A stretch of DNA of 62,809 nt, the filler included, from Folioceros fuciformis (Eukaryota): the NCBI GenBank assembly GCA_049999805.1. It is 8 parts of 8 records of this genome, joined end to end, with 100 filler letters (N's around TTAATTAATTAA, not from the genome) between each part and the next. Parts side by side here need not be neighbours in the genome. Positions count along the whole stretch, not along the records: positions 13,002 to 27,615 come from JBNGIO010001283.1; 7 more parts are not named here. One strand, given 5' to 3'. This document shows, piece after piece, positions 13,370 to 26,260 of this stretch. How positions within the stretch are numbered: position 1 is the first letter of the stretch; every line of letters begins with the position of its first letter. Position numbers and translations under genes: made by a program. Under the pieces are notes generated by a model that made no database searches, was not told the origin of the DNA, and saw only the letters and a list, made by a program, of their open reading frames with translations.

Positions 13370-16300
13370 CTCCCTCTCAAAGCAACACTAGGTCTAAGGT
13401 AAACACACAAGACAGTCGGGGAAGAGTCTCCTGCAGATCATCGTTACGGAACAACAAAGAAAAGTCTTCAGCTTTCAACGGAATCACGATTACTCTTAAA
13501 CCCTAGCGCTTCGAAAAATTGGTTTTCTTCGTTACGCTTGACTTAGCGGCCACCGCAATAGCTCTCGACTTCCTTGTCGCCACCATAATCAACTGTAGCC
13601 CAAGCCGCTGCTTGGAAGAGATGTAGATGGGCAGCGGGAAGATCCTTACTGAGCCACCGAGGGTTGAGAGGCGTAGAAGGCAACCAAGGATTGAAGAAGA
13701 AGTCTGGGTTCGCTGAATTGGGTGAGCTGCGGATCACTAGAGGGGGTCATACGACTCGTGAACAGTTTCCCAGCAATTCATGGGTCTCTCCCAGGGACAG
13801 TTCAGGCCCCAGCATCTCAGGGACCTAAACCCCAGCATATCGACTTCCGCTTCTTAGATATGGCTTTGCCCACCCTACTCGCCCAGCTCCGATTGGCAAC
13901 AGACAGGATCAAGGAGCTTGAGGATATGATTGCAGTCTGGAAGGGGACCATCCCCCAATGACGATCAGCACGATGTGAAGCCGTCTGTGTAGAAGGGACT
14001 GCACTGTAAGGAGATTAGATACTAAGGTAAGCTTCATCCTTCTTGCAGCGCAGTGTTTGCTCCCTATGTCTCCTCAAGTACTAATTCGCAGCAGCTGACC
14101 CGGCGGTGTGTATGTGGGGCTTGTGCAGTTATCCTATGTCTATGGAGGAAACACAGGCACAACTCATCAACACCTAGGGAACCTTCAGGTTCCCGCCCCA
14201 CCTCCCACAGGTAAGTCACTGCCTGTCCAAGTATCTTGAGTAATCATCCAGGCCTAAGCCTGACATGTGCTTGTAGTGTTTATGCTTCACCAAGCCCTTG
14301 GTTAACATGTCTGCAACATTGTCCTCTGTGTTTATGTATCCAACCTTCACAACTCCTCGCTCAACAATATCTCTTACATAGTGATGCTATATTTCGATGT
14401 GTTTAGTGCGAGCATGGATCCTAGGGTTTGCGACGAGAGCAAGTGCAGACATGTTATCACACAGTATTGAGGTAGGTGCCTACTGAGTTTGCCCCAAGTC
14501 ATGTAAGAAAGTCCTTTCCCATTTTGCCTCCTTCGAGGCATCTGTCAAAGACTTATACTCGGCTTCTGTTGATGACAGGGCAATGAACGACTATTTTTTA
14601 CATGACCAGTTTACAATTGCGGATATGAGCAGGAAACAGTATGTTGAGAGGCTTTTCTGGAATCACTGTCAAATGCCCAGTCGGCGTCTGTAAAACCAGA
14701 AAGTGTAAGTCTCTCCTGCCCATTCCTTCTGTAGAATACGCCATATGTATGGGTACCCTTCAAGTACCTAAATATCCTTTTAACTACGGTCCAATGTGCC
14801 TTGCCAGGCTTTTCCAGGAACTGAGACACAGTGCTCACATAGTATTGGATATCAGGCCTAGTCCAGTTTGCTACAAAAATCAGGCTTCCTACAACGTGCT
14901 TGTAAGGTACATCACACATGTCCTAAACCTCTTCTACAGTTTGTGGACACTGTAAGCTGGTAAGCTTAGCTTCTATAGACTAAGGAGTATTAGCAAGCCT
15001 AGCCTCATCAAGCTTGAATTTTCGCAAAATGTCATTGATGTACTTGTATTGGTGCACTATAATCAGTCCTTCCTCTCGTACCCTTAGGATCTGTACCCTA
15101 AGGCAGTACTTGAGCTCACCAATATCTTTCATCTCGAATTTGGTGCTCAGCATAAGTTTGACTTCAGCTAACAGTAGTTGATTGTTTGTGGTGAGGATGA
15201 CGTCGTCTACATATAGTGCCAACACCACGAAGTCATCACCTATGCTCAGCCTGTATACATTAGAGTCGGCAATGCTCTGGACAAAGGAAATACTAATAAG
15301 GTAAATGTGCATGGTTATATACCAAACCCTGCCACTCTGTTTCAAGCCATAGATGCATTTAAGCAGCTTTAGGACTTTGGTAGGGTTGTCAGGATCCTCA
15401 TATCCCTTTGGTTGTGCCATGTACAGGTCTTCGTCGAGAGCACCATAAAGGAATGTAGTGCACCCTTCCATTTGTTGCAGGTCCAAATTCAGCTCGGCTG
15501 CCAGGGCAAGGATTATGCGGATGGACTGTGAGCGAACTACTGGAGAGAATGTCTCCTAGTAGCCCAAGCCTTCAACTTGGGTAAACCCCCTAGCTACAAG
15601 CCTTGCTTTATAACGTGCGATTTCCCCTTTGGCATTAAGTTTCAATTTGAACACCCACTTGCAGGAGATGGGTTTTCGTCTAGGGGGCATATCGACAAGT
15701 TTCCAGGTTTTGTTCTTGAGCAAGGACTGGTATTCATCCTCCACTGCGATCTGCCACTTGGAAGCATTAGGCCCGGCCATAGCCTGTTTGTAGGAGCTGG
15801 GTTCCTCAGCAGGGAGAATGTCCATGGTAGCACCATATACTGCTGAAGAAGACTGAAAGTCCACAGACTGATACTGGGGCTCTAGCCACTGATCAAGAGC
15901 AAGCCAGGTACAGGTAGAACGACGAGGGCCAGGTGCATCAGGTGCTACAAAGTCCTCATAGGTAACCTCAGCACCACCGTCGGAAGAGTCCAGGTCCATG
16001 TCCCCAATGGAGGCCACTTCATTGATAGTGGTAGCATGATCCTGAGCAGTAGGATACTGGACTAACTTATCTACAGTGGGTGGTGCAGGTACAGCTGGAG
16101 GAGCAAGACTTGCAGAATCGTCAACAGCAGTGGCTGCAGCAGCGTCTGCAGTATTAGCTGAGCGTGATCTGCAGCATCCTCAGTCTCATCAAGAGGAAAG
16201 GTGGCTATGTTGGAATCCTCATCAAAGGGGCCATCAGCTGAGCCTTCGGACATAACTGAAGCTGTAGCAACAGGAGTATGGGGTTCCACAAAGGTAGCAC

Positions 16301-19300
16301 TTCGAGCTAGTGTTACTATCTGTGAGGCAGGGTCATAAAGTTTGTAAGCCTTAACATGCTCACTATAGCCGACAAAAATAAGGCTTTGAGTATGATTATC
16401 TAACTTTTTTCTCTTCTCTGTAGGAATATAGGCAAAAGCCTTAGACCCGAAGACCCGGAGGTGAAGTAAGCTAGGCTTGCGATGCCAGAAGACTTCAAAG
16501 GGTGTCCTCCCCTTGACTGAACTAGTCAGGACCTTGTTCAAGATGTAAGTGGTTGTGACTACAGCCTCTGCCAAGTACCCTTGTGGAAGGCCAGCCCATA
16601 GCAACATACTTCTCATCATGCCCAGTAGGGTTTGGTTTTTGCATTCAGCAACACCATTTTGCAGTTGGGTATACGGCACAATCAACTGCCTCTGGATGCC
16701 CTGCTCAGATAAGTACTCATCGAAAGCATTGTTGACAAATTCAGTACTATTGTCACTTCGTAGTACTTTGAGTAGGTAGCCTGACTCACGTTGAACTATT
16801 GGCAGCCAGTCCCTGAAGCAGCCAAGGGTGTTGCTCTTCAGTCGCATGGGAATAGTCCACGAATACCGGCTATAATCACCAGTCAGAGTTAAGTAATACA
16901 AAGCCCCCCCAAAAGAAGGTGTATGTATCTTACCAGAAATGTAAGATGCACAAAACCTAACACTAAGGACACTCTGTGTGCAGCTTTAGGGAAAGGAAGT
17001 TCCTTCTGTTTAGCAAGAATGCAAGACTCACAAACAGGTAAGCCCTTAAAACAGCTAGGCAACGATTCCCTATGGCAATCCTGCTTAGACATATCTATCA
17101 ACTTGTTTTTATTGGCATGCCCTAAATGCGCATGCCATAAGGAGGCAAGCTGACTAGAAGTCATGCTGATTGTGAAGGCTAACTGTTAGGTAGGAGAACA
17201 TCTCAAATCTAATTTGTACATGTCATAGTCAAGGAAGCTCTAAATACACACACAGAGGGAGAAGTCTTCCTATAGAAGCAGTAGGCCTCATCAGTCACGC
17301 TTATCTCATACGCATGCAACTGCATGAGCTTGCTCATCGACAAAAGATTCTTTGCCATGTATGGCACATATAGGACTCCTTCGACAGGTTGTACAGATCC
17401 ATCATTGAGAATGAAGGTACAAGTGCCATGTCCCTCCACAAAAAGTCCAGTGTCACTTCGCTCATCTCCTAACAAAACTTTGTCCTTCATGCGATGCAAG
17501 GATAGCTTGGAGAACAAGGTTTTGTCGTTGCAGATGTGGGTGGTAGCTCCTGAGTCAAGGTACCAATCCCCAACATCATGAACGGTGCTTATCAGGCAAA
17601 TAGTGAGAATCTTCACTGTGGCTTTCGAGTTTTCTCCCTTCTCCTTCAAGGCTACACTAGCAGATTGTTTTGTGGCCTGTTGCCACTGGGGTTCTCCTAC
17701 CTTCTTCTTCCGCCAGTCTCGTGCCCAGTGGCAAGGTGCCCCACACCAATTACAGTTACCAGTTTTCTTGGTGCCTAAAGAGGTAAAGTCAGAACCAAAA
17801 CTAGAACTGTTCTTGCCTTTTTGTTTGTTAGGCTTCAGCTAACACTTTGTCAGCCTTTGCTCTTGTGTTTACTATAGAGAACAAACAGCTCTGTTCTGCC
17901 TGATGCAAGGCAGCCACTATATTGTTGACAGTGAGGGTGCTTGCATTCCCAGCAGCAACAACGGCTTGTGAGGTGTACAAGGGTCCGTTGTACGAGCTAA
18001 TGAACTGCTGGAGTGATGCTAGCAAGCTACTCAACAGCTGGACCACAGCATGCTCTTCCTCAATCTTGTAATTGAAAGAGGCAAGCTGAGCACGGAGGTG
18101 GCGAAATTTACTAGTAAATCCCCCCACTTTGTCCTCGTCCTTCATCCTCAGGGTGTAGAATTCTTGCCATACGGCACACTTGGTCATGATGTTAGTAACC
18201 TGATACGTTTTCTCGAGTTGATTCCAAATCTCGATGCCCTTGGTCAAGTACTCAACGTCAGGAATAAGAAGAGCATCCAAGCCATTGATAATGACAGCTA
18301 CAGCAACTTCATTGTGAGCTGTCCATTTATCTATATCAGCTTGGCTACTGGTCTGAGGATCTGGTTCAGGAAATCCTCCACCAACAACAATCCAGACTCC
18401 CCTTGCTATCAGGAGAGCTTTCATGTGAACTTTCCACACAGGGTACAGCTTCCCATTAAACCTATCTTTTTCCTTCAGTTCTGACTTGAAGGAAGGGGTT
18501 GTCATGGTTGTTGTTGTTGTCCTTGTGATAGGTACAACAAATGGGTTGGTCCAGAAACTAGAGATATTTGTAGCCTGTAGGTCTTCTTCCCCCTCAAGCT
18601 CCAAAAACCCATTGAATCTAAGGTCAGATGCATTGTATGTACTCTCGATATCGAACATACGTGAACTAGCTAAGTCCCTTTCAAAAACTATGGTTTGAAA
18701 AGAAAAATAGTTAGGTCAGTTATGCTCCGATCTTGCTATTCCTGACTAATGCTCATCAGTGATACTAACAAAACGTGTCCAAGGGAATAGTTGAGGGTGA
18801 CAGCCTGGGAGGGGGTTGATACAAATGTATTTGGACCTTAACAGGCTAGCTCCCTCATCTACCTTCCTGAATACGTAATGGTGTAGGAATGAAACAGACA
18901 CCAACCCCTTTTGACTTTAAAAAATGTTTTGGTTTTCTTTAGTTAGGGTTTCTAACTGTCATTTCTTTGTCTGCTGAAACGAAAGGTTAGTTGATGGACC
19001 AAACAAACAACAAGAGATGCAAGCAAGCCAAAGGTCAGCAATGCAAATGTAACGCTTCAGATCCACGCCAAGAGCCACTGCTGATGATGCGCACTGTTTG
19101 GCATCTCCTGCGCTCCCCGCCAGAGGAAGCAAGGTCACAGGATAGAGTCTCCGCTCGCAGGCAGGAATTCTATAGAAAATCCCTGTCCAAGATCCATCAA
19201 ACGCAGCATTCCAACAATTTGAGAGATATTACTGTCAATTCTGGATATCTGTGTTTCGATGAAGACTTGCAGGCGAGCAACGTCGTCTCTCAAGATGTGC

Positions 19301-19488
19301 TGGTTTATCAGAAGATTCCGAAGGGAAGTTTCAACTGGAGTCTCTTGGGAAATTTGTTTATTTTATTTTATTTTTAGCAAATTTCTCAATTCGCTCTATA
19401 TCTGCAGCAGATTTGTCTCCTTGTCGCCGCCTAATCGTCCGTTGATGATGTGGTAGGTCGCGGACTTCTCCAAAAGCTTCCAATTCTT
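13188..19488 (-). mobile_element. Ty1/copia LTR retrotransposon A, main body, degenerate; its 5' LTR and PBS are displaced to 24917-25483 by an inversion
   Basis: Domain order on minus strand: gag (~18500-17830), Zn knuckle CNWCGAPCHW, protease WYLDSGATTH, integrase (RSDNSTEF, QNGVAE), RT (KARLVARGFTQ, YGLKQSGR, LYVDD), RNase H (GFTDADWA, KHIEI), PPT, LTR. Several stops and frameshifts. Confidence 0.92.
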
Positions 19489-22400
19489 CTTCAAGCAGTC
19501 TCTGACATACTTATGTTGCGAGATGGAAAGTCTCCTTGCCTTCCTATCTCTTGCAATCTCTATTCCAAGGCACCATGTAAGTTCCCCTGACTTTGTCATC
19601 TCGAATTCCTTTTTGAGGAGTGATTTAACCTTCTGCATTAAGCTCCCTTTGCCCGTGGTTGCAGCCAGGATTAGGCCATCTACGTACATCAGAAGTATCA
19701 GGAAACTCCTGTCCTCAGTCATAACATACAGCCCCGGGTCAACATCACCCTGCTTGAAGCCCATTTGCTTAAGATAAGTATCTATCCGCTGATTCCAAGC
19801 TCTAGGACTTTGTTTAAGTCCACACAAGGTTTTCTTTAGCTTACGGACTAGATGCTTTGTCCCTAGCTTTACGTAGCACTCAGGTTGCTCCATGTACAAG
19901 TCTTCTTCAAGAGTACCATGTAGAAAAGCGGTCTTCACGTCCATTTGCTCTAAATCCAGGTCCATATGCGCAGCTATGGCAAGAATCATTCGAAGGGTTG
20001 CAAACTTGACAACTGGAGCAAACGTGTCAAAAAAGTCTATGCTAGGAATATGAGAAAAACCTCTTGCTACCAGTCTGGCTTTGTAACGTTCAATGCTGCC
20101 ATTAGCTTTCATCTTTCGCTTGAAGACCCATTTACAAGAGATAGGTTTTCTACCCTTTGGCAACTCCTCCAATGTCCACGTTCCATTTTTAATTACGGAT
20201 GCATACTCATCCTCTACAGCCTTCTTCCACTGTCTTGCCTCAGGTCCTGAATATGCTTGTTGCATAGAGACTGGTTCAGCAGAATCCGAGGTGGATGCCA
20301 CCATGGCTTGAACAAACCACGTGGACGGGGTTGCATCCCTAGCTGAAACTACATCTTCATTGTCCACCTCAGCAGGTACTGGTGCCGGTGCCCCCACTGC
20401 AAGCACTTCCAAGGTAACGACACTACCAGCATTCGACTTGCCTCCCTTTTGCTTCTATAATCTAGTAACCCTAGCAGGCCTCTAGTCTTCCATCTCGAGG
20501 GGAGGCTCCTTCCACGGCCTGTTTCTTTCACGCAGATTGTATGTACTTCTCACTTTTGAAGCAGGTACATTAGCAATGGGTACCTCCTCTATGGGCTCTG
20601 CTACTTCCAATCCTTCTGTATAGGTGTCAGGTGATATACTATCACCCTCGACTGCAGTCTCAATATCATGACCATCATCATCCTCGCTAGATTGACCAAA
20701 AAATGAAACTTCAAACTGATCTACATCAGCATGGCTCAACATGGGTGCCCCATCGACTGGATCATCCTCGTCGGGGTCCTCAACTATCTTAGGTAAAACA
20801 TTTTCACCTCAGTCCGACTCAATGGAGGCATTAGGTGGATGCATCACTCGTCGTTCATCAAAAACTACACTACGTGCATGATTGACAATGCATTCCTCAG
20901 GGTCATAAAGCTTATAAGCTTTGATGCCATCAGTGTAACCTATGAACACTAACTTGTGTGCCCTGTTGTGCAGCTTCATTGTCCTTTTAGGCTTTGGAAC
21001 AAACGCATATGTTGGAGCACCGAAAATGCGAAGGTGCTCGATTGCTGGTTTTCGTCCCCACCACGCCTCAAATGGCATCATGCCAGGTAACACTCGAGTA
21101 GGCAACCTGTTGAGCAGGTAGTTAGCAGTGTTCATGGCCTCAGCCCAATATCGCCTAGGAAGCCTAGCCTGCTTAAGCAAAGCTCAAGCAGTTTCTTGCA
21201 ACAGCTGATTCTTCTTCTCTGCGACGCCGTTGAGCTGAGCTGTGCAGGGGACTGTGAGCTGCCTCATGATGGGAAGATCCCGACAATATGCTTTAAACTC
21301 ACCGGAGATGTACTCCCCACCATTGTCGGATCGGAGGCATCGCAAACTATGGCAAGTTTGCCGCTCACCCAGGTGCAGGAAATCTTTGAAGTGCTGAAGG
21401 GTTTCACTCTTGTACTTCAATATGTACAGAGTGCAGTAGCAAGTGAAATCATCGATAAAAGTGAGGAAATATAACCCACCACCAATGGAAGGTACTAAAA
21501 TCGGGCCGCAGATATCCGAATGCACGAGTTCCAGAGGTGTGGAGGCACGATGAGGAGGTACTTGTCTTGTCAAAAGCAACCTCATGATGTTTCCCATAGA
21601 TGCACGACTCACATAGCGGTAAGTCCCCCACTTGACCAGGTATCCCATCAGCATACAATGAGTTGTTCCACATTGCTGATAATTTTCTGCCATGTGGATG
21701 TCCGCAGTGCAGTTGCCAAAGCATAGCTGTCTCACCAGGGGTGAGGTTCGCAGAAATACCAACAACATTCAGCATTGGCAAGCTACTACCTTCAAGGCTC
21801 AGCTGGTATATATCGTTCGCTGGAAACCCTTCTACAAGTACGGCATCTAAATGCACGCTGTCCACAATTATGCACTTGTCTCCTTTGAATAGCACATTCA
21901 GAGTGGTGTCTGAATTCCAGACTGATAGCAGGTTCTTCGTGACTGCAAGAACGTGAAGAACGTCATGCAGCACTAGAGTCTTGCCATGATGCAGGTGCAG
22001 GGTCACTACACCCATCCCAACTATGAGTAGTGAGCTCTCATCGCCTAAGAGTACGGACTGCACATCCCTGTACTTCTCATACTCACTGAACGAGGACCTG
22101 CTGTGACAAATATGTGCAGATGCTCCAGAGTCAACAAACCATGCTAAAGTATGCGTACCAGCCGTGGTCAAGCAAACTGTAAGTATCACTTGTGGGTTTT
22201 TCTTCTTAACAGCTTGCACAGTGTGCACCTCCGGAGAGCCTGCACCTTCCTTTTGGGGCTCACCAGCTTTGCGTTTCCGGCAATCTCGAGCCCAATGACT
22301 TGGTATGCCACACCAATGGCAATTTCCAGCCTTCTTTTCACTTCCTGAAGCTTGTCCAGGAGCACTAGAACTAGGTCTGCTGCCTTTGTTTGAGTTCCAG

Positions 22401-24517
22401 CCTCCACGTCCTCTTTGATACGGTTTGCCCTATCCAGCAAACAAGGCTTGTTGGCCTTGTGTTTGATGTTTGCCAGATCTAGAGGAAAGCCGCGTGGCTT
22501 CCTCTTGCAGCATGGCCCCAACGACACCGTTATGTCAAGGGTTATACATCAATCTTTAAGGCTTTCGACAGCCGGGCCTCCACCTTTGCCATCGCTTGCT
22601 GACCAGTGACAAAGGGTCCAAAGCTGGGTGGTAATGAACTCAACAGCCTGCAACTAGCTTCGTAGTCAGTAATCTTTACAGCCGTGGAACATAGCTTAGC
22701 TCGTGCGATTCTGAATCTCCCGATGTAGTGCTCCACAGTCTCACCTTCTGTCATTCTAAGGCTGTGGTACCTTGTTGATGCAGACATAGACGCAGCCATA
22801 TTGTTGGAGGCAAACATCATTGCTAAATGATCCCACATCTCCTTTGCTGAGTCTCCAGGCCCATCTAAAGCCTGTCTAATCATTTCAGGACCCAAACTTG
22901 AACAAATCAGGTTCCTTGCACGGATATCAGCCAAAGTCCATACTGGCACGTCGGTAGAACTGACATAAGGCTTCTCTGTTTCTCTGCTCACAACATGCCA
23001 GAGATTCTTTTCTCCAAGCGCACCTTGCATGCGCATTACCCAAATGTCATATTCAGCACCAGTCACCAGACGGTCTTTCTCCTTAAACCCACCGCTGGTA
23101 AGTGACTGCAACACATTCAACATGTCTTCTCTGGCCTTCTCCTCCTCCTCATGTTGGTACGACTAAACCAAACTGTATCTCTTTCTGACAGGTCTGTGTT
23201 CACAAATGCACGGGTGGAATCTGCATCTGTACTCCTAATTGACTCACTATCTGAAAACTCTATAACACCGACTTCCTGCGCTAAATGACGAAGCCAGGCA
23301 TGTGTTCTGTAAGAATGACTCTCGCTCATCTGTCACAGCTACCAGCATTGTTTGACTCAACCTGTTTCTGTTGACAGTGAATGTAGACTGTACGGTTTTC
23401 ATTAGCAGCCAAGGACTGAGTGATCTTTGTATGTTCCAGGATGTGGGGCTTAGCCAAGACAAACAACTTCACATCCAACGGCTGCAAGTAGGATTCTAGT
23501 CTAGCCACTTGATCGGTTGACAGGATATGCTGGGTGCGACACAATGTTGTGCTGTTAATGTTATCGAGGCGTTGGGATAGATTTTGAATAGACATAGCAA
23601 GCGACTCAACTTGACCTCTTCTCAACACTGACTCTGAATGACGTTGTGCAACAGGCTCTCGTCGACTATACGACAGTGACCTACGATAGTGATGGATGCT
23701 TGGATTTGCCGTAGCAAGATTTGGGATCCTCTGAGGTTGAGTGCGCCTGTCTCAGGTCACCAAAATATTGATCACTTCATAAGGAGGGACGAACTGGGGC
23801 ATGCTTCTCTAATTGCGCCTACCGGAACGATGGCGTTGTGCCATCCTAGGGACAAGGTACGCCAACCTCCCCAGTTCCTTTACTTGCAGGCTCTGCACTT
23901 CGACTTGACATCCTCAACCCTTCCACCTTCGCTGCACTCGCTACCAGTTGCAGCGTACACCTACTGGCCTCCAGACCGCACTGCACAGGAAAATCAAGAT
24001 CGTCGATGAGCAATCTTGACACGCTTGTGGATGTGAACCGCCCTCTTCTTCCGCTGCTCCTTGTTGCACCAAAGCACAACACTCATTGCTTGATCGATCA
24101 TGAAGGCTAATTCCAGGTACATGAATTGACAAAGGAACAACATCCAGCCAACCCACTGATTAAGGGGAAGGCTGCCCATAGTGTAAGTTGTTCTTGATTG
24201 ACTAACCACTTTGCAGGGTGTTGGTGCTATCCATGTGCTTCGTATCAAAGTGACAAAAAAAAAAAAAGGCTGCGCCTCAATAGAGGGCCCAGGGATTGCA
24301 TCAACGCCTGGTCAAGGCTCTGATACCATAACGCAGTGTACACAAAATACAAGGTTGTATATAAGAAAAATAGCGCACATAGTTCTTGTAGGTTCGTGCG
24401 TGCGTGGGTGACACACGACGGTTATTCGTGTAACTACCCTCTAACCCTAACTACTTATTTTAGGTTAGCTGTTTGACATTATTTTACGCTTTATAAGGAG
24501 GGCTGAATATCTCAACA
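19483..24517 (-). mobile_element. Ty1/copia element B, 5' part (5' LTR, PBS, leader, gag, PR, INT, most of RT), lying in the inverted segment
   Basis: LTR 24329-24517 and PBS TGGTATCAGAGC at 24317-24328; gag 22542-23123; CHWCGIPSHWARDC knuckle; WFVDSGASAH; LRSDNGGEY; RT with KARLVARGF and QMDVKTAFLHG. RT breaks after SISQHKYVRDCLKK at ~19486. Confidence 0.92.
24329..24517 (-). repeat. 5' LTR of copia element B (189 bp, TG...TA)
   Basis: Inverted copy of 26603-26791, about 14 mismatches by eye, mostly transitions. Adjacent to the tRNAiMet PBS. Outer flank reads AGTTT on the minus strand. Confidence 0.92.
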
Positions 24518-24916
24518 AAACTCACATTAGCTGGTATAGAATAAGCTATGCATAAAAGTAGTCCTGAATAGGGTCAGTAACTATAATGCTTGCCATCAAC
24601 ATTTGGTTAAGGACAAGGTGCAACTACTCTTTGAATGTTTACTTAATGCCCATGAATGACATCATGGGTGGGTGTATAGTAACCTCTTTTAGTATATTGA
24701 GTAAGATGCATTATAGAGACATAGCTCGAATGCCACTAGTTTAGCCAAGTTTAGAGGGAAGTACTCCTATGAAGGTTGTAGGAGGTTGGATGTGAAATCC
24801 AATATGCATGGTTATCCCAACATTCTTAAAAGAGTAGAGTCTAAGACCAACCCTTTTGGTTGTTACAAAATTTAGAAGGATCTAATAGCTTAGATATGAA
24901 AGCTTGGCTATCTTTT

Positions 24917-25064
24917 TGTTGAGCAAGGGTTTAGGGTTTAGGGTTTAAATGTCATTTGGGTTTAGTCTATAAGTAACACTTGTAGACATTTTTAAACATA
25001 ATTCATTTTTTGTCTTTCTATGTTGAAAAGTTTAATTGAGCCAAATTGCTCTCCAAATTTTTCA
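24917..25064 (+). repeat. 5' LTR of copia element A (displaced, inverted)
   Basis: Ends TTTTTCA and is immediately followed by the PBS TGGTATCAGAGC (25065-25076). Its 3' ~115 nt match the 13188-13369 LTR. The 5' boundary at TGTTGAG is uncertain. Confidence 0.8.
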
Positions 25065-25111
25065 TGGTATCAGAGCATGTTCTTAATGCTCTCTACCTCT
25101 CCTAGGACATA

Positions 25112-26260
25112 ATGCCTGGTCGGGGTAGATCTCCTGTAGATCAACGTCAACGCAGGAGAAGACTTAGTGGTGGAACATATTGTCCACGATACCCTAACCA
25201 AGTCCTAGTTGACACAGTCCCTAATCTATACGAGGCAAACTACCCTGACATACGGCTACGGCAGTGGCTCGGGAGGAATTCAAGCATATCAAATTCTAGG
25301 GTGTATGCTATCAAGCTTCAGCAATCGAGAATCTCTGAAACAGATTCTCATGACCCTGCCCGGTGCATCGCCAGGAACCTGCTTGATCCTTGCTTCCAAC
25401 CATTGGCCAGGAGTGCTGAACTAGAGTCACTGACTTCAGCATTACTCGTTTACACCCCTGACTTCTGTCCAATTGCTTATTACAAGAATGCGAATGGATG
25501 GGCCACTTCGTTGGTCACAGGGCTGAAACTGATGAAGAGCCTGGTTCCCATGACACCTGAAGAAGCTGAAGAGATGTCTAGGACACCATATCGGCATGCA
25601 GTGGGGACCCTAATCTATTTGTCAAACGTTACACGACTAGATATTGCCTTCTCTGTTAGCATGAAGTCACAGTTCTTAGAAAACCCTCACCCTGAGCATT
25701 GGAGCCAAGTCAAAAGAATGTTCAGATACCTGAAATCCACACTAACGCATGGCATTACGTATGCTAGGACAAAGGAGCTCTTAACTTTGGAGGGCTTCTA
25801 CGACTCAGACTGGGCGCCTGACCTGGACAGCAGGAAGTCCCTATCAGCCTTTGTGTTCTTATTGGCAGGAGGTCTAGTCGCCTGGATAAGCAAGAAACAA
25901 GCAACTGTATCAACTTCCAGCACGAAAGTTGAATACAAAGCACTTATAGTAGCTGCAAAAGAGGCAATCTGGATCAGGCGGAACCTATCTGATGTTGGGA
26001 TGAAGCAACCGAGCGCCACCGTTCTTCAATGTGATAATCAAGGCGCCATTGCGCTATCAAGAAACCCTGTTTTCCACTCTAAGGTGAAGCATATGGAAAT
26101 ACACCACCATTACATAAGAGAAGTGGTGAGCAATGATCAGATGCCAGTCCAGTATATTCCTACAATTGAGAACCTTGCAGATCTATTGACCAAAGCCCTA
26201 CCTAGAGAGCTGCACAACAAACATGCAAATAGGCTGGGCATAGCAGCCTGTGAGAAGTAA
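25112..26260 (+). CDS. Chimeric 382-aa ORF: element A leader ORF fused in frame to element B RT C-terminus and RNase H
   Basis: The first ~125 aa show no retro motif. From ~25490 it reads GLKL..PMTPEEAEEMSRTPYRHAVGTLIYL, GFYDSDWA, SSTKVEY, CDNQGAI, KHMEIHHHYIRE, NLADLLTKAL. Confidence 0.75.
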   Translation: MPGRGRSPVDQRQRRRRLSGGTYCPRYPNQVLVDTVPNLYEANYPDIRLRQWLGRNSSISNSRVYAIKLQQSRISETDSHDPARCIARNLLDPCFQPLARSAELESLTSALLVYTPDFCPIAYYKNANGWATSLVTGLKLMKSLVPMTPEEAEEMSRTPYRHAVGTLIYLSNVTRLDIAFSVSMKSQFLENPHPEHWSQVKRMFRYLKSTLTHGITYARTKELLTLEGFYDSDWAPDLDSRKSLSAFVFLLAGGLVAWISKKQATVSTSSTKVEYKALIVAAKEAIWIRRNLSDVGMKQPSATVLQCDNQGAIALSRNPVFHSKVKHMEIHHHYIREVVSNDQMPVQYIPTIENLADLLTKALPRELHNKHANRLGIAACEK

